A stretch of DNA of 64,000 bases from an uncultured candidate division Zixibacteria bacterium (GCA_963668625.2 CAXXKA010000005.1:64001-128000), one strand, 5' to 3'; numbered from the stretch's first letter, positions 8,743 through 18,407 are shown. Translations and numbers: made by a program. The notes: generated by a model not told the origin, from the letters alone.

Positions 8743-9800
8743 AAATGAATTGTAGATTAAGATTCATTGGATTAGTTTGTTGGATAATATTATTACACTC
8801 ATTAGCTTTGTCGGAAGCATATGTTGTGCATTCATATACAAGCAACAATCCTACTTCTTACAATGTATCAGTAAGCCTAATTAATCTTAATACACTGGAA
8901 ATAATCGACAATATTGAATTACCTATGACTGGCACAATAATGAACAAAAAGCCAATAGTGGTACTTGTGGATGACCAGGAATTGTTTTTATGTTTTACCC
9001 TTAATGGATGTATGGGGAAAAACGCAGATTTATCAGGTAACGGAGAAGTGTTGTATTATTCCGTGTATACAATTCGTGATAATTCTATACAGCTATTGCA
9101 TACCGATAGCTTGAGTGCCGTTATCGTTGATTACGTAGAGCAACTTCAGGGAGAGTCAGGTTTCAGATTGTCAATAAGGGATGCCCTGCGTGATAATTAT
9201 CTATTTGATCCGGGTTTATACTCAATCGATAATAATTTTGATTTTAGTCCAATCAGTCCAATTGAAAATGACAATGAAATGCCAGGTTACATTGAGCAGA
9301 TTGATGAATTCGAAAACTTGAATATTATTCGAAATGCAGAAGCAGATCATCTTTATTATTCATTTCATAATTCTCAATACTGGCTTTTAAAACTTGATAC
9401 TCGGGATAATTCAATAGTTGATTCTCTTCAACTAAGATATTCTGGCGGTCAAGCGACTATTTTTGGTTATCATCCATTGAGAGATAAGTTTTATTGTTTT
9501 CACACTAACTATGAGATCCATGGGAAATTCGTGGAGAAAAGCAGAGAGAACTATTATATCACGCCTGATGTCCAAATATATAATCCTTTAACATTGGAGT
9601 TGATGGAAAGCTTTGGAATACCGGACTATCCCGAGGGCAATTACCCCGGAAAAGAAAACGGCGCTTTCGATACGGTCGGTGATTATATAATTTATTATTT
9701 TTTTGAGGATGACTGGTTTCCAGTATATGCTCCAGCTATGCTATTCATTTTTAACACCCGCACCAACGAGGCCTCGTGGCTGCGTGTGGGATGGAGGTAA
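8733..9800 (+). CDS. Secreted putative immunity protein, cassette 4 (type D)
   Basis: 355 aa with signal peptide; overlaps the toxin PWE end by 10 nt; ends YAPAMLFIFNTRTNEASWLRVGWR. Confidence 0.75.
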   Translation: MGVKMNCRLRFIGLVCWIILLHSLALSEAYVVHSYTSNNPTSYNVSVSLINLNTLEIIDNIELPMTGTIMNKKPIVVLVDDQELFLCFTLNGCMGKNADLSGNGEVLYYSVYTIRDNSIQLLHTDSLSAVIVDYVEQLQGESGFRLSIRDALRDNYLFDPGLYSIDNNFDFSPISPIENDNEMPGYIEQIDEFENLNIIRNAEADHLYYSFHNSQYWLLKLDTRDNSIVDSLQLRYSGGQATIFGYHPLRDKFYCFHTNYEIHGKFVEKSRENYYITPDVQIYNPLTLELMESFGIPDYPEGNYPGKENGAFDTVGDYIIYYFFEDDWFPVYAPAMLFIFNTRTNEASWLRVGWR

Positions 9801-9803
9801 AAT
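9754..9803 (+). repeat. Array junction repeat copy 5 (core only)
   Basis: Identical 50-bp core, followed by C-ATG of the next gene instead of the REP hairpin. Confidence 0.95.
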
Positions 9804-9804
9804 C

Positions 9805-11286
9805 ATGTATAAGTATATAGCTTTACTACTCATTACATTAACTTTCAGATTTGCCTTTGGCGAACCGCAAGTTAGTACAACAACTTTTTTGAATTCCACT
9901 GAACCAACTAAGATGTGTCAGGATTACATTGATAAAGAATATGGCGCCTTGTCAAGAGCTATGCTTAAGCCTACTGGCGGCGCGCTTATCAGAGTTAATA
10001 TGTTGACCAGCACATATTGCAAGTTTATTTTTTGTGATGAACCGGCAAACCGTTTATATATTTTCCATCTTCTGGATACATCACCTGTAAGAACGCCCGT
10101 CAGAATGTCTACGTATGGCTTACAGAAAGATCCCGTATGGTTCAGTATAACTCACGAGGACTCATTAATACCTGATACGATAACAGCTCCATCCATGGAT
10201 AGGGATAGTATTGGCTATTTCTGGAGTCCCGTTGATATCGCAGTTTCCTCATGCGGAAATACCTATTACACGAATCATGATTATATATATGTTGTTGATA
10301 GCGGAAACCGCAGAATTGTCAAACTTCGCTACGATATAATGACTGATTCAATCCTCTGGATCGGTAGTTTTGGAGATGATATTCTAATTGATCCAACCGC
10401 GATCGACTATGCCGATTACAATGATGCTGATACGACTAATGATGATGTTTACGTAACGGATGGTTATCACGCTAAAATATTTCGGTTCTCCGCTACCGGT
10501 GAATACGAAACCTCATACGGCGGGCGAGGCACGAGCCTGGCGGAAATAGGTTATCCGACGGGAATTGCGGTTTCCACAGATACCCAATTGCCTGATAGAA
10601 TTTATATTACCGATTCGAAATACCATCGAGTCATCCGCTATTATTCCGGTACGAGCGGCCCGATAGTAGCTCAAAAACAATATAAATTCCCTCATTATCT
10701 ACCCGGTGATAATAAAGTGCCATATCTAAGCGCTATTGATACGGATGGCGCTGGTAATGTATATGTTTTAGATAGATTTGCGCACAAAATGTATATCCTA
10801 TCAGGCGACATAGAATCAAGAATTAAGGAATATGGAGAATATGGTTTCGGACTGATGCAGTTTAATCACCCATCGGATATTTATATTGATCATACACCGG
10901 TAAACGAGGAGATGGTCGTCTGCGAGATGTGGGATACCACTTCAGGTATTCAATCGTTCGATATTTCCTACAGTATATTTAAAGAAACGGACGAAATCCC
11001 GCTACCCAAAAAGTACAGTCTGTATCAAAATTACCCGAACCCATTCAACTCAGTCACACAAATAAAGTTTGATCTTCCTCGTCCAAGTAATGTTAAGCTG
11101 GAGATTTTTAATATTCTTGGTCAAAAAGTTAAAACTATAAAAAATGATGTAATGCCTGCGGGAAGTCATGCTATTGTTTGGAAAGGCGAAAATGACGCTG
11201 GTGATGAGATATCATCCGGTATGTATTTTTATAAGCTAAGCACATCTGATTATACCGAATCCCGAAAAATGTTATTGCTAAAATAA
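9805..11286 (+). CDS. Secreted NHL-repeat beta-propeller protein with C-terminal sorting-type (T9SS-A-like/FlgD Ig) domain
   Basis: ATG at 9805 follows GGAGG of the repeat; signal peptide MYKYIALLLITLTFRFAFG; NHL repeats (IYVVDSGNRRI, PTGIAV); CTD QNYPNPFN…SSGMYFYKL…KMLLLK. Confidence 0.85.
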   Translation: MYKYIALLLITLTFRFAFGEPQVSTTTFLNSTEPTKMCQDYIDKEYGALSRAMLKPTGGALIRVNMLTSTYCKFIFCDEPANRLYIFHLLDTSPVRTPVRMSTYGLQKDPVWFSITHEDSLIPDTITAPSMDRDSIGYFWSPVDIAVSSCGNTYYTNHDYIYVVDSGNRRIVKLRYDIMTDSILWIGSFGDDILIDPTAIDYADYNDADTTNDDVYVTDGYHAKIFRFSATGEYETSYGGRGTSLAEIGYPTGIAVSTDTQLPDRIYITDSKYHRVIRYYSGTSGPIVAQKQYKFPHYLPGDNKVPYLSAIDTDGAGNVYVLDRFAHKMYILSGDIESRIKEYGEYGFGLMQFNHPSDIYIDHTPVNEEMVVCEMWDTTSGIQSFDISYSIFKETDEIPLPKKYSLYQNYPNPFNSVTQIKFDLPRPSNVKLEIFNILGQKVKTIKNDVMPAGSHAIVWKGENDAGDEISSGMYFYKLSTSDYTESRKMLLLK

Positions 11287-11289
11287 AAA

Positions 11290-11311
11290 AAGGCGTTCAC
11301 CAGAACGCCTT
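11290..11311. terminator. Intrinsic terminator hairpin between convergent genes
   Basis: AAGGCGTTC-ACCA-GAACGCCTT preceded by an A-run. Confidence 0.7.
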
Positions 11312-11320
11312 CAAATCATC

Positions 11321-11345
11321 GTGGCCGGCAGACATCCCCGTCTGC
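11321..11345 (+). repeat. GTGG-foot REP-like palindrome
   Basis: GTGGCCGGCAGACATCCCCGTCTGC; related to 12390, 43931, 44159, 54471 and to the array hairpin. Confidence 0.6.
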
Positions 11346-11361
11346 GGCCGCAGCAAAAATC

Positions 11362-12210
11362 CTAATCTTTAAACATATGCTTGGCTATAAATATGACATT
11401 CTCACGTCGTTCCCGGAGCCGTCTGAGGAAATACGGCAGCCAGTGAGTGCCGAACGGGGTGTAGATACGCATGTTGTAGTCCTGGTCGGCAAGCTCGCGC
11501 TGGGCCGAGCGGTTCACGCCGTAGAGCATCTGGAATTCATATTCGGATTTGTCCTTGCCGTACTTCTCGGCTGTATCGAGCGCGGCCCGTATCATAGCGC
11601 CGTCATGAGTGGCGATAGCCGGGTAGTCGCCGTCTTTTAATAGCATGTCCGTTAGCTTGACATAGTTATTGTTGACATCATCCTTAGCCTGAAAAGCCAC
11701 GGTGGCAGGTTCGCGGTAAGCGCCTTTACACAGGCGGACACGTACGCCATGCTCGTTAAGCTTCTTGATGTCCTCCTCGGAACGATACAGGCTGGCCTGA
11801 ATGACAGTGCCCATCTTCTTGTATTTCTCATGCCATCTGTAGACGAGGTTTAGCGTCCTTTCGGTGTAGTCGGAGCCTTCCATATCGACGCGCACGAAAA
11901 TGCCCAGTTCGTTGGCTTTATCGAGAATGCGGCTGACATTGTCATAGCAAAAATCATCCGATATATCCATCCCCATCTGGGTGAGCTTGACCGAGACATG
12001 CGAATTAAGCGCATGGTCATGGATTACCTGAAGTAAATTTATATAAGCATCGGCAGTTCGTATCGCCATCTCCTGGTTTTTTACATTCTCGCCCAGAATA
12101 TCCAGTGATGTGCTCATGCCCATACCGTTAAGCTCCTTAACATACCTGATGGCTTCTTCGGGAGTCTCACCGGCAACGAATCTTTTAGCTAAAAACGTTA
12201 ATATTTTCAA
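11362..12210 (-). CDS. putB: Proline dehydrogenase (monofunctional)
   Basis: Motifs RFVAGE, SVKLTQMG, VRVDMEGS, VRLCKGAY, IATHD, EFQMLYG, YFLRRLRER; TTG at 12210 follows AGGAGG. Confidence 0.9.
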   Translation of the reverse strand: MKILTFLAKRFVAGETPEEAIRYVKELNGMGMSTSLDILGENVKNQEMAIRTADAYINLLQVIHDHALNSHVSVKLTQMGMDISDDFCYDNVSRILDKANELGIFVRVDMEGSDYTERTLNLVYRWHEKYKKMGTVIQASLYRSEEDIKKLNEHGVRVRLCKGAYREPATVAFQAKDDVNNNYVKLTDMLLKDGDYPAIATHDGAMIRAALDTAEKYGKDKSEYEFQMLYGVNRSAQRELADQDYNMRIYTPFGTHWLPYFLRRLRERRENVIFIAKHMFKD

Positions 12211-12389
12211 CGTTGACCTCCTAAAAACAGTTGTATGAAATCTAAAAAGGTAAGGCCTAATTAGCAAGTGAAATATTTATCAATCTTCCATAAGACGTTA
12301 AAATATAAGTAAATATCGCGATTATGCGGGATTATTAGTGTCGTGATAAACGGCGGATGGGGAAGGGCTGTCTTAAAAGCGTAGTTCTT

Positions 12390-12418
12390 GTGGCCGCCGG
12401 ATGTCCTCGTCCGCCGGC
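12390..12418 (+). repeat. GTGG-foot REP-like palindrome
   Basis: GTGGCCGCCGGATGTCCTCGTCCGCCGGC. Confidence 0.55.
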
Positions 12419-12557
12419 TTTCCTTTGCAGGTATACAAGTTGGGATAATCCATTTGGGCAAGCGATGACATACCCCAACCACAAACATCTTTAGTAGATA
12501 ATGACGCTTCGCTTAAAACGGATACACCGGGTAAACCGGTGTTTTTTTAGGATCAAT

Positions 12558-12586
12558 AAAAAAGCCCCGCTAAAAAGCGAGGCTTC
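12558..12586 (-). terminator. Intrinsic terminator of the 12609..14234 gene
   Basis: AAGCCCCGCT…AGCGAGGCTT hairpin with a T-run on the minus strand. Confidence 0.65.
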
Positions 12587-12608
12587 GAATTAACAACTTC
12601 GGAAAAAC

Positions 12609-14234
12609 CTATTTTAAAAGCATCATAGACTTTTGCTCGACCTCATCACCGGCATGAATCCTGTAAAAATACATACCCGAGGCGGATGAACCGGCTTTCC
12701 ATACCACTCTATGCGCACCGGCGTTCTGATCCTCATCTACGAGTGTGACAACCTTGCGGCCGAGGATATCATAAATATCCAGAGTTACCCGGCTGTCCTG
12801 TTTGATATTATACTCGATAGTAGTCGTGGCGTTAAACGGGTTGGGATAATTTTGTTTGAGCGCGAAAGAACCGGGAAGGTTATCGTTATCATCAATACCC
12901 GTCCAGAAATCAAGGGCTAAATCAATATCGGTATATATATCATAGCCGACAGTTACATTAGTGACAGTGTCCTCATCATAAACAAGCATGGGATCCTCGA
13001 AATAGATATCGTAACTACCGGGATTGATTATCTCGAGACTATAGAATCCCAGGCTGTCGGTTATAGTCATTATCGAGGGCTGACCCAGTATTGAAACCTG
13101 GATACCGCCGACAGGATCGTCATTACCGGCGAACGTGACAGTACCCGATATACCACCGGGCATGTGAAGAGTCATATCGAGTGTCGAAACAGAATCGTAA
13201 GCAGCGGTAACGGCGTAAGAGACCGTGTCGAAATAATCCGAGTGGCTGAATGTTACATCATAATCATCCGGTTCGAGCCCCCTGAATTCATAAACACCGT
13301 TCAAGCCGGTATATACCGATTGTTCGCCAATGATAACTTCGATATCGGAAATAGGATCACCGAGGTAATCGGTAACCGTACCGGATATGATACCCAGCAT
13401 ATTCAGTACGAAATCCTGGTATGTGTGCTCGTTCTCATATACCGTAATCGTAACCGAGTGTGACGCGTAATCGGGATGGTCAACAATCAGTGTGAAGTCG
13501 GTAAAAGGGTAATGACCCATATGATAGTCGCCTTCGCTATCGGTAGAAGTCTGCTTTCCTGTCTCCTCGACCGTGACATTGATTCCCTCGATCGGGTTAT
13601 CTGCTATATCAATGATAGTACCCTCGAGATAACCACCACCATTGAAATGGAACATCGGGAAAGTCTCGACCATGATATATACGTCCTCGGCGAGCGTATC
13701 ACCGGCATTTGATGGCCCCTGGTAGGGGTTCAACCCCGGGCATAATGCCAATACATCATCTCCGATATTAAGAGAATCGTTAGCGGTTTTAATTACGAAT
13801 TTGGCTGCCATATAATCACCAAGCGAGATAAACCAGGGCGATTCACTGGTGGGGTAGAACCGGGCCCAACCCATCAAAGAATGAGCCGACCAACCCTCGG
13901 GGTTCGGCGGTGAGCCGTAAGCCTCGGTAAAATACGCGCCATCCCATTCGGTCAGAGGATAATACAATTCACCCTCGGTTTCGCTTAGCAGGCTGTCCAC
14001 GTATTTATCCATAGTGCCAAGAGGCAAATGTAAATCAGCAACATGATTATTAGCGCCGGTAAAGATATAAACAGGTATATTTAAACGTTGATTGATCTCA
14101 ACGTTCATAGTCTGACCGGTTGCATTACCATATGATATATATAAACTGTCAGTTTGGCTGTACACTTTGGTTGGCGCGGCAATTAATACAATAAAAGATG
14201 CGCAAACAATAAAATATTCAAGCAATCGTTTCAC
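12609..14234 (-). CDS. Secreted protein with carboxypeptidase regulatory-like repeats and C-terminal sorting-type domain
   Basis: Signal peptide; three G.I.GTVTD..G.PI repeats; CTD QNYPNPFNATT…SGMYFYRI…MMLLK. Confidence 0.8.
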   Translation of the reverse strand: MKRLLEYFIVCASFIVLIAAPTKVYSQTDSLYISYGNATGQTMNVEINQRLNIPVYIFTGANNHVADLHLPLGTMDKYVDSLLSETEGELYYPLTEWDGAYFTEAYGSPPNPEGWSAHSLMGWARFYPTSESPWFISLGDYMAAKFVIKTANDSLNIGDDVLALCPGLNPYQGPSNAGDTLAEDVYIMVETFPMFHFNGGGYLEGTIIDIADNPIEGINVTVEETGKQTSTDSEGDYHMGHYPFTDFTLIVDHPDYASHSVTITVYENEHTYQDFVLNMLGIISGTVTDYLGDPISDIEVIIGEQSVYTGLNGVYEFRGLEPDDYDVTFSHSDYFDTVSYAVTAAYDSVSTLDMTLHMPGGISGTVTFAGNDDPVGGIQVSILGQPSIMTITDSLGFYSLEIINPGSYDIYFEDPMLVYDEDTVTNVTVGYDIYTDIDLALDFWTGIDDNDNLPGSFALKQNYPNPFNATTTIEYNIKQDSRVTLDIYDILGRKVVTLVDEDQNAGAHRVVWKAGSSASGMYFYRIHAGDEVEQKSMMLLK

Positions 14235-14448
14235 TAATTATTTCCTCCACGCTTGGTCAAAATAGTTATTCTTCATCATTTCAAATTGATTAATCCTTTG
14301 CCGTAAGATACCAATTATTAAGGATTTGTCAATACTATTTATGTAAAGTAAGGATTAATCGGAGCTAATTAATAGTAGCCTTTTTAGTATAAATATAACA
14401 GTGCAAAAGTAACATTAAATGTGCCGGTAACGGCTCGAGATGATTGGT

Positions 14449-15618
14449 TTAATCATCTTTCGGGGGAGAGGCGCTTTTCTCTATATCCAGCATATCTAAG
14501 TTGTTGGTATAGTTAGTCGTAATCGGTTCTACGATTTTCATTAGTTTCTGGGTAACCTCGCGAATCCTGATTGCGCTTTTCTCGATTGTGTTAATTTTCG
14601 CAACAACCGCCTCGGGGAGAGTATCTTTTTGTAGAAGAAGCAACTGGGTGTTACCCAAAACCGCCGTAAGGGGATTATTAATTTCATGATTCAAGGCAAC
14701 AGCGGTTTCCAATATTGCCGCTATTCGTTCGCCTTTAACAATCAGCTTATGATCCTTTTTAAGCTTGCTGAAAGCATCAACGATCTCATCATAACTGGAG
14801 GGCTTGACAATGTCGTTAAGCCTGCTTCTGAATTTCGATATGATCACATCATCGTTTTCGAAATTCCCCGAAAGTAAAAACTTGAAAGACTGCCTGCCTA
14901 AATTGAAACCATTAGTTATAATCCTGTTGTATTTTTCGATACCGGGTAGTTCATCCAAAACGTCCTCGGTAATTTTATTTTCAACCCGGCCATCAGGCAA
15001 ATCCACTATCGATTTCAAGTTATTATTCAAATCGAGATTTTTAAAACCTTCCCGGTCACGCCAATACGCTTCATCACTTTGTGATTCATCCAGGGCTAAC
15101 AGCCAGTTAACTCCCAGCATCTCCAGTTCAGGATAAAGCTGATCTAAAATAGCCGGTAACTCCACCGCCTGGTTCACCGGCGTGATAGCCAGTGCCAGAA
15201 GAATATTCGATTGATACAGCTCCAGCACCTGACGGATGATGTGGCGCAGGGGATGATTACGAGCGGTCATCACCATAAGCACGCCGAATGTCCCGCGTGG
15301 TTGGCGAAGAGCCGCGCAGGATATAACCGGCCTGTCGCCGCTACTCAGAGCGTACTCGGCAGAATCTATTTCCATGGAGCGCAACTGCTCTTTATATTTC
15401 ATAAAGACATCTTTATGTGTCAAATCGCCCACGTATTTTTCCTTAACATCCATTTGAGGCGTATCCAGGTAGAAATACGCAGCCTCCGGGCTGAGAAAAC
15501 CTTTAACGCCCTCTATGATGTTATCCTCAAGCCCCTCAACGGATCCGTTGAAAGCCCCTGACAGTGAGTCGATTAAATTGTATACTTTAAACTTATCCAT
15601 ATTCATAACTATCTGCAA
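14449..15618 (-). CDS. HisKA (dimerization/phosphoacceptor) domain protein lacking an HATPase domain
   Basis: C-terminal ETAVALNHEINNPLTAVLG H-box; no N/G boxes follow. Confidence 0.75.
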   Translation of the reverse strand: MQIVMNMDKFKVYNLIDSLSGAFNGSVEGLEDNIIEGVKGFLSPEAAYFYLDTPQMDVKEKYVGDLTHKDVFMKYKEQLRSMEIDSAEYALSSGDRPVISCAALRQPRGTFGVLMVMTARNHPLRHIIRQVLELYQSNILLALAITPVNQAVELPAILDQLYPELEMLGVNWLLALDESQSDEAYWRDREGFKNLDLNNNLKSIVDLPDGRVENKITEDVLDELPGIEKYNRIITNGFNLGRQSFKFLLSGNFENDDVIISKFRSRLNDIVKPSSYDEIVDAFSKLKKDHKLIVKGERIAAILETAVALNHEINNPLTAVLGNTQLLLLQKDTLPEAVVAKINTIEKSAIRIREVTQKLMKIVEPITTNYTNNLDMLDIEKSASPPKDD

Positions 15619-15734
15619 AAACCAGGCCGAAATACACGAGGTTTATTTGCCCCGTAATATACTTGACTTTTATGACCCCAGTCAATATTATTTCAACCTC
15701 ATGTTTGGTATCGGTTAAAATATAAGGTAGATAA

Positions 15735-17099
15735 ATGATTAATGACAAATGCGGCGTGTTTGGTATCACCGGCACCCGAAATGCTGCAATTCTAACCTAT
15801 TTCGGCCTTTATGCCCTTCAACACAGAGGGCAGGAATCCTGCGGAATAGTCACTAATGATGGCAAAAAGTTCAATTGGAAACGTGGAATGGGCAAAGTTG
15901 ATGAGGTTTTCTCCTCTCTGGATGATCTAAAAGGCTTAAAAGGCCGTATGGCTATCGGCCATAATCGCTATTCCACCACCGGGGAATCATCGACGGTGAA
16001 TATTCAGCCTCTGGTTTTTAGCTATAAAAACGGTCCGCTGGCTATCGGCCACAATGGTAACTTAACTAATTACCACAAGTTACGCGCTTATATGGAAAAG
16101 CAGGGGTCGATATTTTCCTCAACCTCGGATACAGAATTAATCATGCATTTAATCGCTAAATCAAAAAAAGACCGTATCGAGGAAGCCCTGGCAGAGGCAT
16201 TAAGTAAAATAACCGGCGCATACTCGCTGGTGCTATTATCCGGCGATAATATAGTGGCCGTGCGAGACCCTGTTGGTGTCAGGCCCTTAGCACTTGGCAA
16301 ATTGCGAAAGTCATGGGTGGTTGCCTCGGAAACTTGCGCATTCGATATAATCGGCGCTAAATATATCCGGGATGTCGAACCGGGTGAGATTCTTGTCTTA
16401 AACGGTAAAGGCTTGCAGTCATACCATCTACTTAAAAAGCAAAAAAACGCATTCTGTATATTCGAGTATATCTATTTCAGCCGTCCCGATTCGATGATAT
16501 TCGGCAGCAATGTAGATAAAGTCAGGCGAAGGTTAGGCCGTCAACTGGCAAAGGAGCACCCGGTTGATGCCGATATAGTGATCTCAATACCCGATAGCTC
16601 TAACACGATAGCTCTTGGTTACTCGGAGGAGTCCGGTATTCCATTCGATATAGGGTTAATCCGCAATCACTATGTAGGTCGCTCGTTTATTCGGCCAGAG
16701 CAAAAAATACGAGACCTTGATGTTAAGATCAAGTTCAATCCTATTCAAGGAGTACTGAAAAATAAAAAGGTTATAGTCGTTGATGACTCGATCGTGCGGG
16801 GAACTACCTCCGGCAAACTGTGTAAGATTATACGCGAGGCCGGCGCAAAGGAGGTGCATCTGAGGATATCTGCGCCGCCTATCAAATGGCCATGTTTTTA
16901 CGGTATCAATATGCCCACCAGGCGGGAGCTGATTGCCTCCAATCGCTCGGTTGAATCGATCAGGAAAGTGCTCGGAGTGGATTCGCTGGGATACCTGTCG
17001 CTTAAGGGCTTAATCAGCCTTCCGGCCTTACCGGATGCAGGTTTTTGCCATGCCTGTTTTTCGGGGAAATATACCATAAAAACTAATGAAAAATTCTAA
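15735..17099 (+). CDS. purF: Amidophosphoribosyltransferase
   Basis: Motifs CGVFG, LQHRGQES, GHNRYST, HNGN, CIFEYIYFSRPDS, VVDDSIVRGTT. Confidence 0.97.
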   Translation: MINDKCGVFGITGTRNAAILTYFGLYALQHRGQESCGIVTNDGKKFNWKRGMGKVDEVFSSLDDLKGLKGRMAIGHNRYSTTGESSTVNIQPLVFSYKNGPLAIGHNGNLTNYHKLRAYMEKQGSIFSSTSDTELIMHLIAKSKKDRIEEALAEALSKITGAYSLVLLSGDNIVAVRDPVGVRPLALGKLRKSWVVASETCAFDIIGAKYIRDVEPGEILVLNGKGLQSYHLLKKQKNAFCIFEYIYFSRPDSMIFGSNVDKVRRRLGRQLAKEHPVDADIVISIPDSSNTIALGYSEESGIPFDIGLIRNHYVGRSFIRPEQKIRDLDVKIKFNPIQGVLKNKKVIVVDDSIVRGTTSGKLCKIIREAGAKEVHLRISAPPIKWPCFYGINMPTRRELIASNRSVESIRKVLGVDSLGYLSLKGLISLPALPDAGFCHACFSGKYTIKTNEKF

Positions 17100-17219
17100 A
17101 ACTGTTTCTATTTGACATTGCACTAATTATAAAGTAAAGGTGTATACTAATAATCCGATATATGTAACAACTGAATAGTGTATCGCCTTGTCGCGTAAGA
17201 TATTAGGCTTATTAGAGCT

Positions 17220-17257
17220 AGGCACAATTGATAATTTTATCGGTTGTGCCTTTTTTG
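17220..17257 (+). terminator. Intrinsic terminator downstream of purF
   Basis: AGGCACAATTGATA…TATCGGTTGTGCCT followed by a T-run. Confidence 0.6.
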
Positions 17258-17522
17258 TTGAAAGGAATTATAAGTGGACATCGCTTACTATGCATATGTC
17301 TATCATATTGATAATAAAAGAATAGCAATTGATTTCCCTAAAACAGGTAATAATATGCCTGTAGTATCATTATTACTATACTATATTATTAGAACTATTA
17401 TTCTTGCCTACGCAAAGCTATCTATATATATTGTTTTATATATTGACAGTATGTCAATCACATGGGGTTTAACAATTACTATTACAGAATATATATCCAT
17501 TAATATAGTTTGGGAGGGGTAA

Positions 17523-18293
17523 ATGTGTGTTAGTGGCAATATTATGGTTGCCAGCGTAGATTATAATTTTATTACTCGCACATTGCAAATCGTCTCTCAT
17601 CAGGGGTATGAATGTGAAGCCGTATATGATAACGATTCTGCATTTATAAAACTGATCAATGGTAAATACAATCTGGTAATTATCGATATGAGCATGCCCG
17701 GAGGAAAAGACCTTGAATTGGCTTATAAAATCAGGAATGATTTCGAGTATCTGCCAATAATCATCGTTACTGATACATACAATCAGGATATAGCTATAGA
17801 GCTGATTGAGCTAAATATCGTTGCATTCATAAATAAATATTATAAAGAAAACCAACTAATCAGAATCATCGATAATGCTTTGAACTCCAGAAAACAACAT
17901 TTGATGCTTAAAGAAAATATACAGGTATTGAATGAATGGAGTTCGGATTTAAATAAGCTCTTAAAATTTAATTTTAATAGAATAAATGTCTCCATGACAG
18001 ATAAGAATTACTCGGCTATTACCATGAATAATATGATCAAATGCTTAAATAGCATTAACAATATGATGAATATAACTCAATCTGATGAATCGAAACCAAA
18101 CATTGGCGCAGAGAACGATCGCACGAGGTTGAATATATTAACGAAGACGTTGATCGAGGCGGTAAAGGTGATAGACAGTACTAAAAGTTCATTCAAATCA
18201 AAGGAATTGGGCAATTTAAAGAAAAAAATACTTGATGTCTTAGCTGAAACAGTTGGCTGGGAATCCAAATCGAAAAATACGACGAAATACTGA
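17523..18293 (+). CDS. Response regulator (receiver plus unknown C-terminal region)
   Basis: Receiver motifs LVIIDMSMPG, PIIIVT, FINK; AT-rich. Confidence 0.75.
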   Translation: MCVSGNIMVASVDYNFITRTLQIVSHQGYECEAVYDNDSAFIKLINGKYNLVIIDMSMPGGKDLELAYKIRNDFEYLPIIIVTDTYNQDIAIELIELNIVAFINKYYKENQLIRIIDNALNSRKQHLMLKENIQVLNEWSSDLNKLLKFNFNRINVSMTDKNYSAITMNNMIKCLNSINNMMNITQSDESKPNIGAENDRTRLNILTKTLIEAVKVIDSTKSSFKSKELGNLKKKILDVLAETVGWESKSKNTTKY

Positions 18294-18407
18294 ATTCGGG
18301 ATGTCAATATTCAGGGGCCTTGAATTGACATAAGTATACCAGATTGATCCGGCCAATCGTTTATAATTTAGCAAACCGTATCACATGCTAGAACGAGGTT
18401 GGAGATA

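Noticed and set aside
1169-9803. CRISPR array
   Set aside because: The repeats are 1.9-2.9 kb apart, separated by whole genes; no cas genes are seen.
1-9803. Shufflon (inversion system)
   Set aside because: All repeats and genes are in direct orientation.
9703-9804. N-terminal extension of the NHL ORF in the track
   Set aside because: It overlaps the partner gene; the RBS and signal peptide support ATG 9805.
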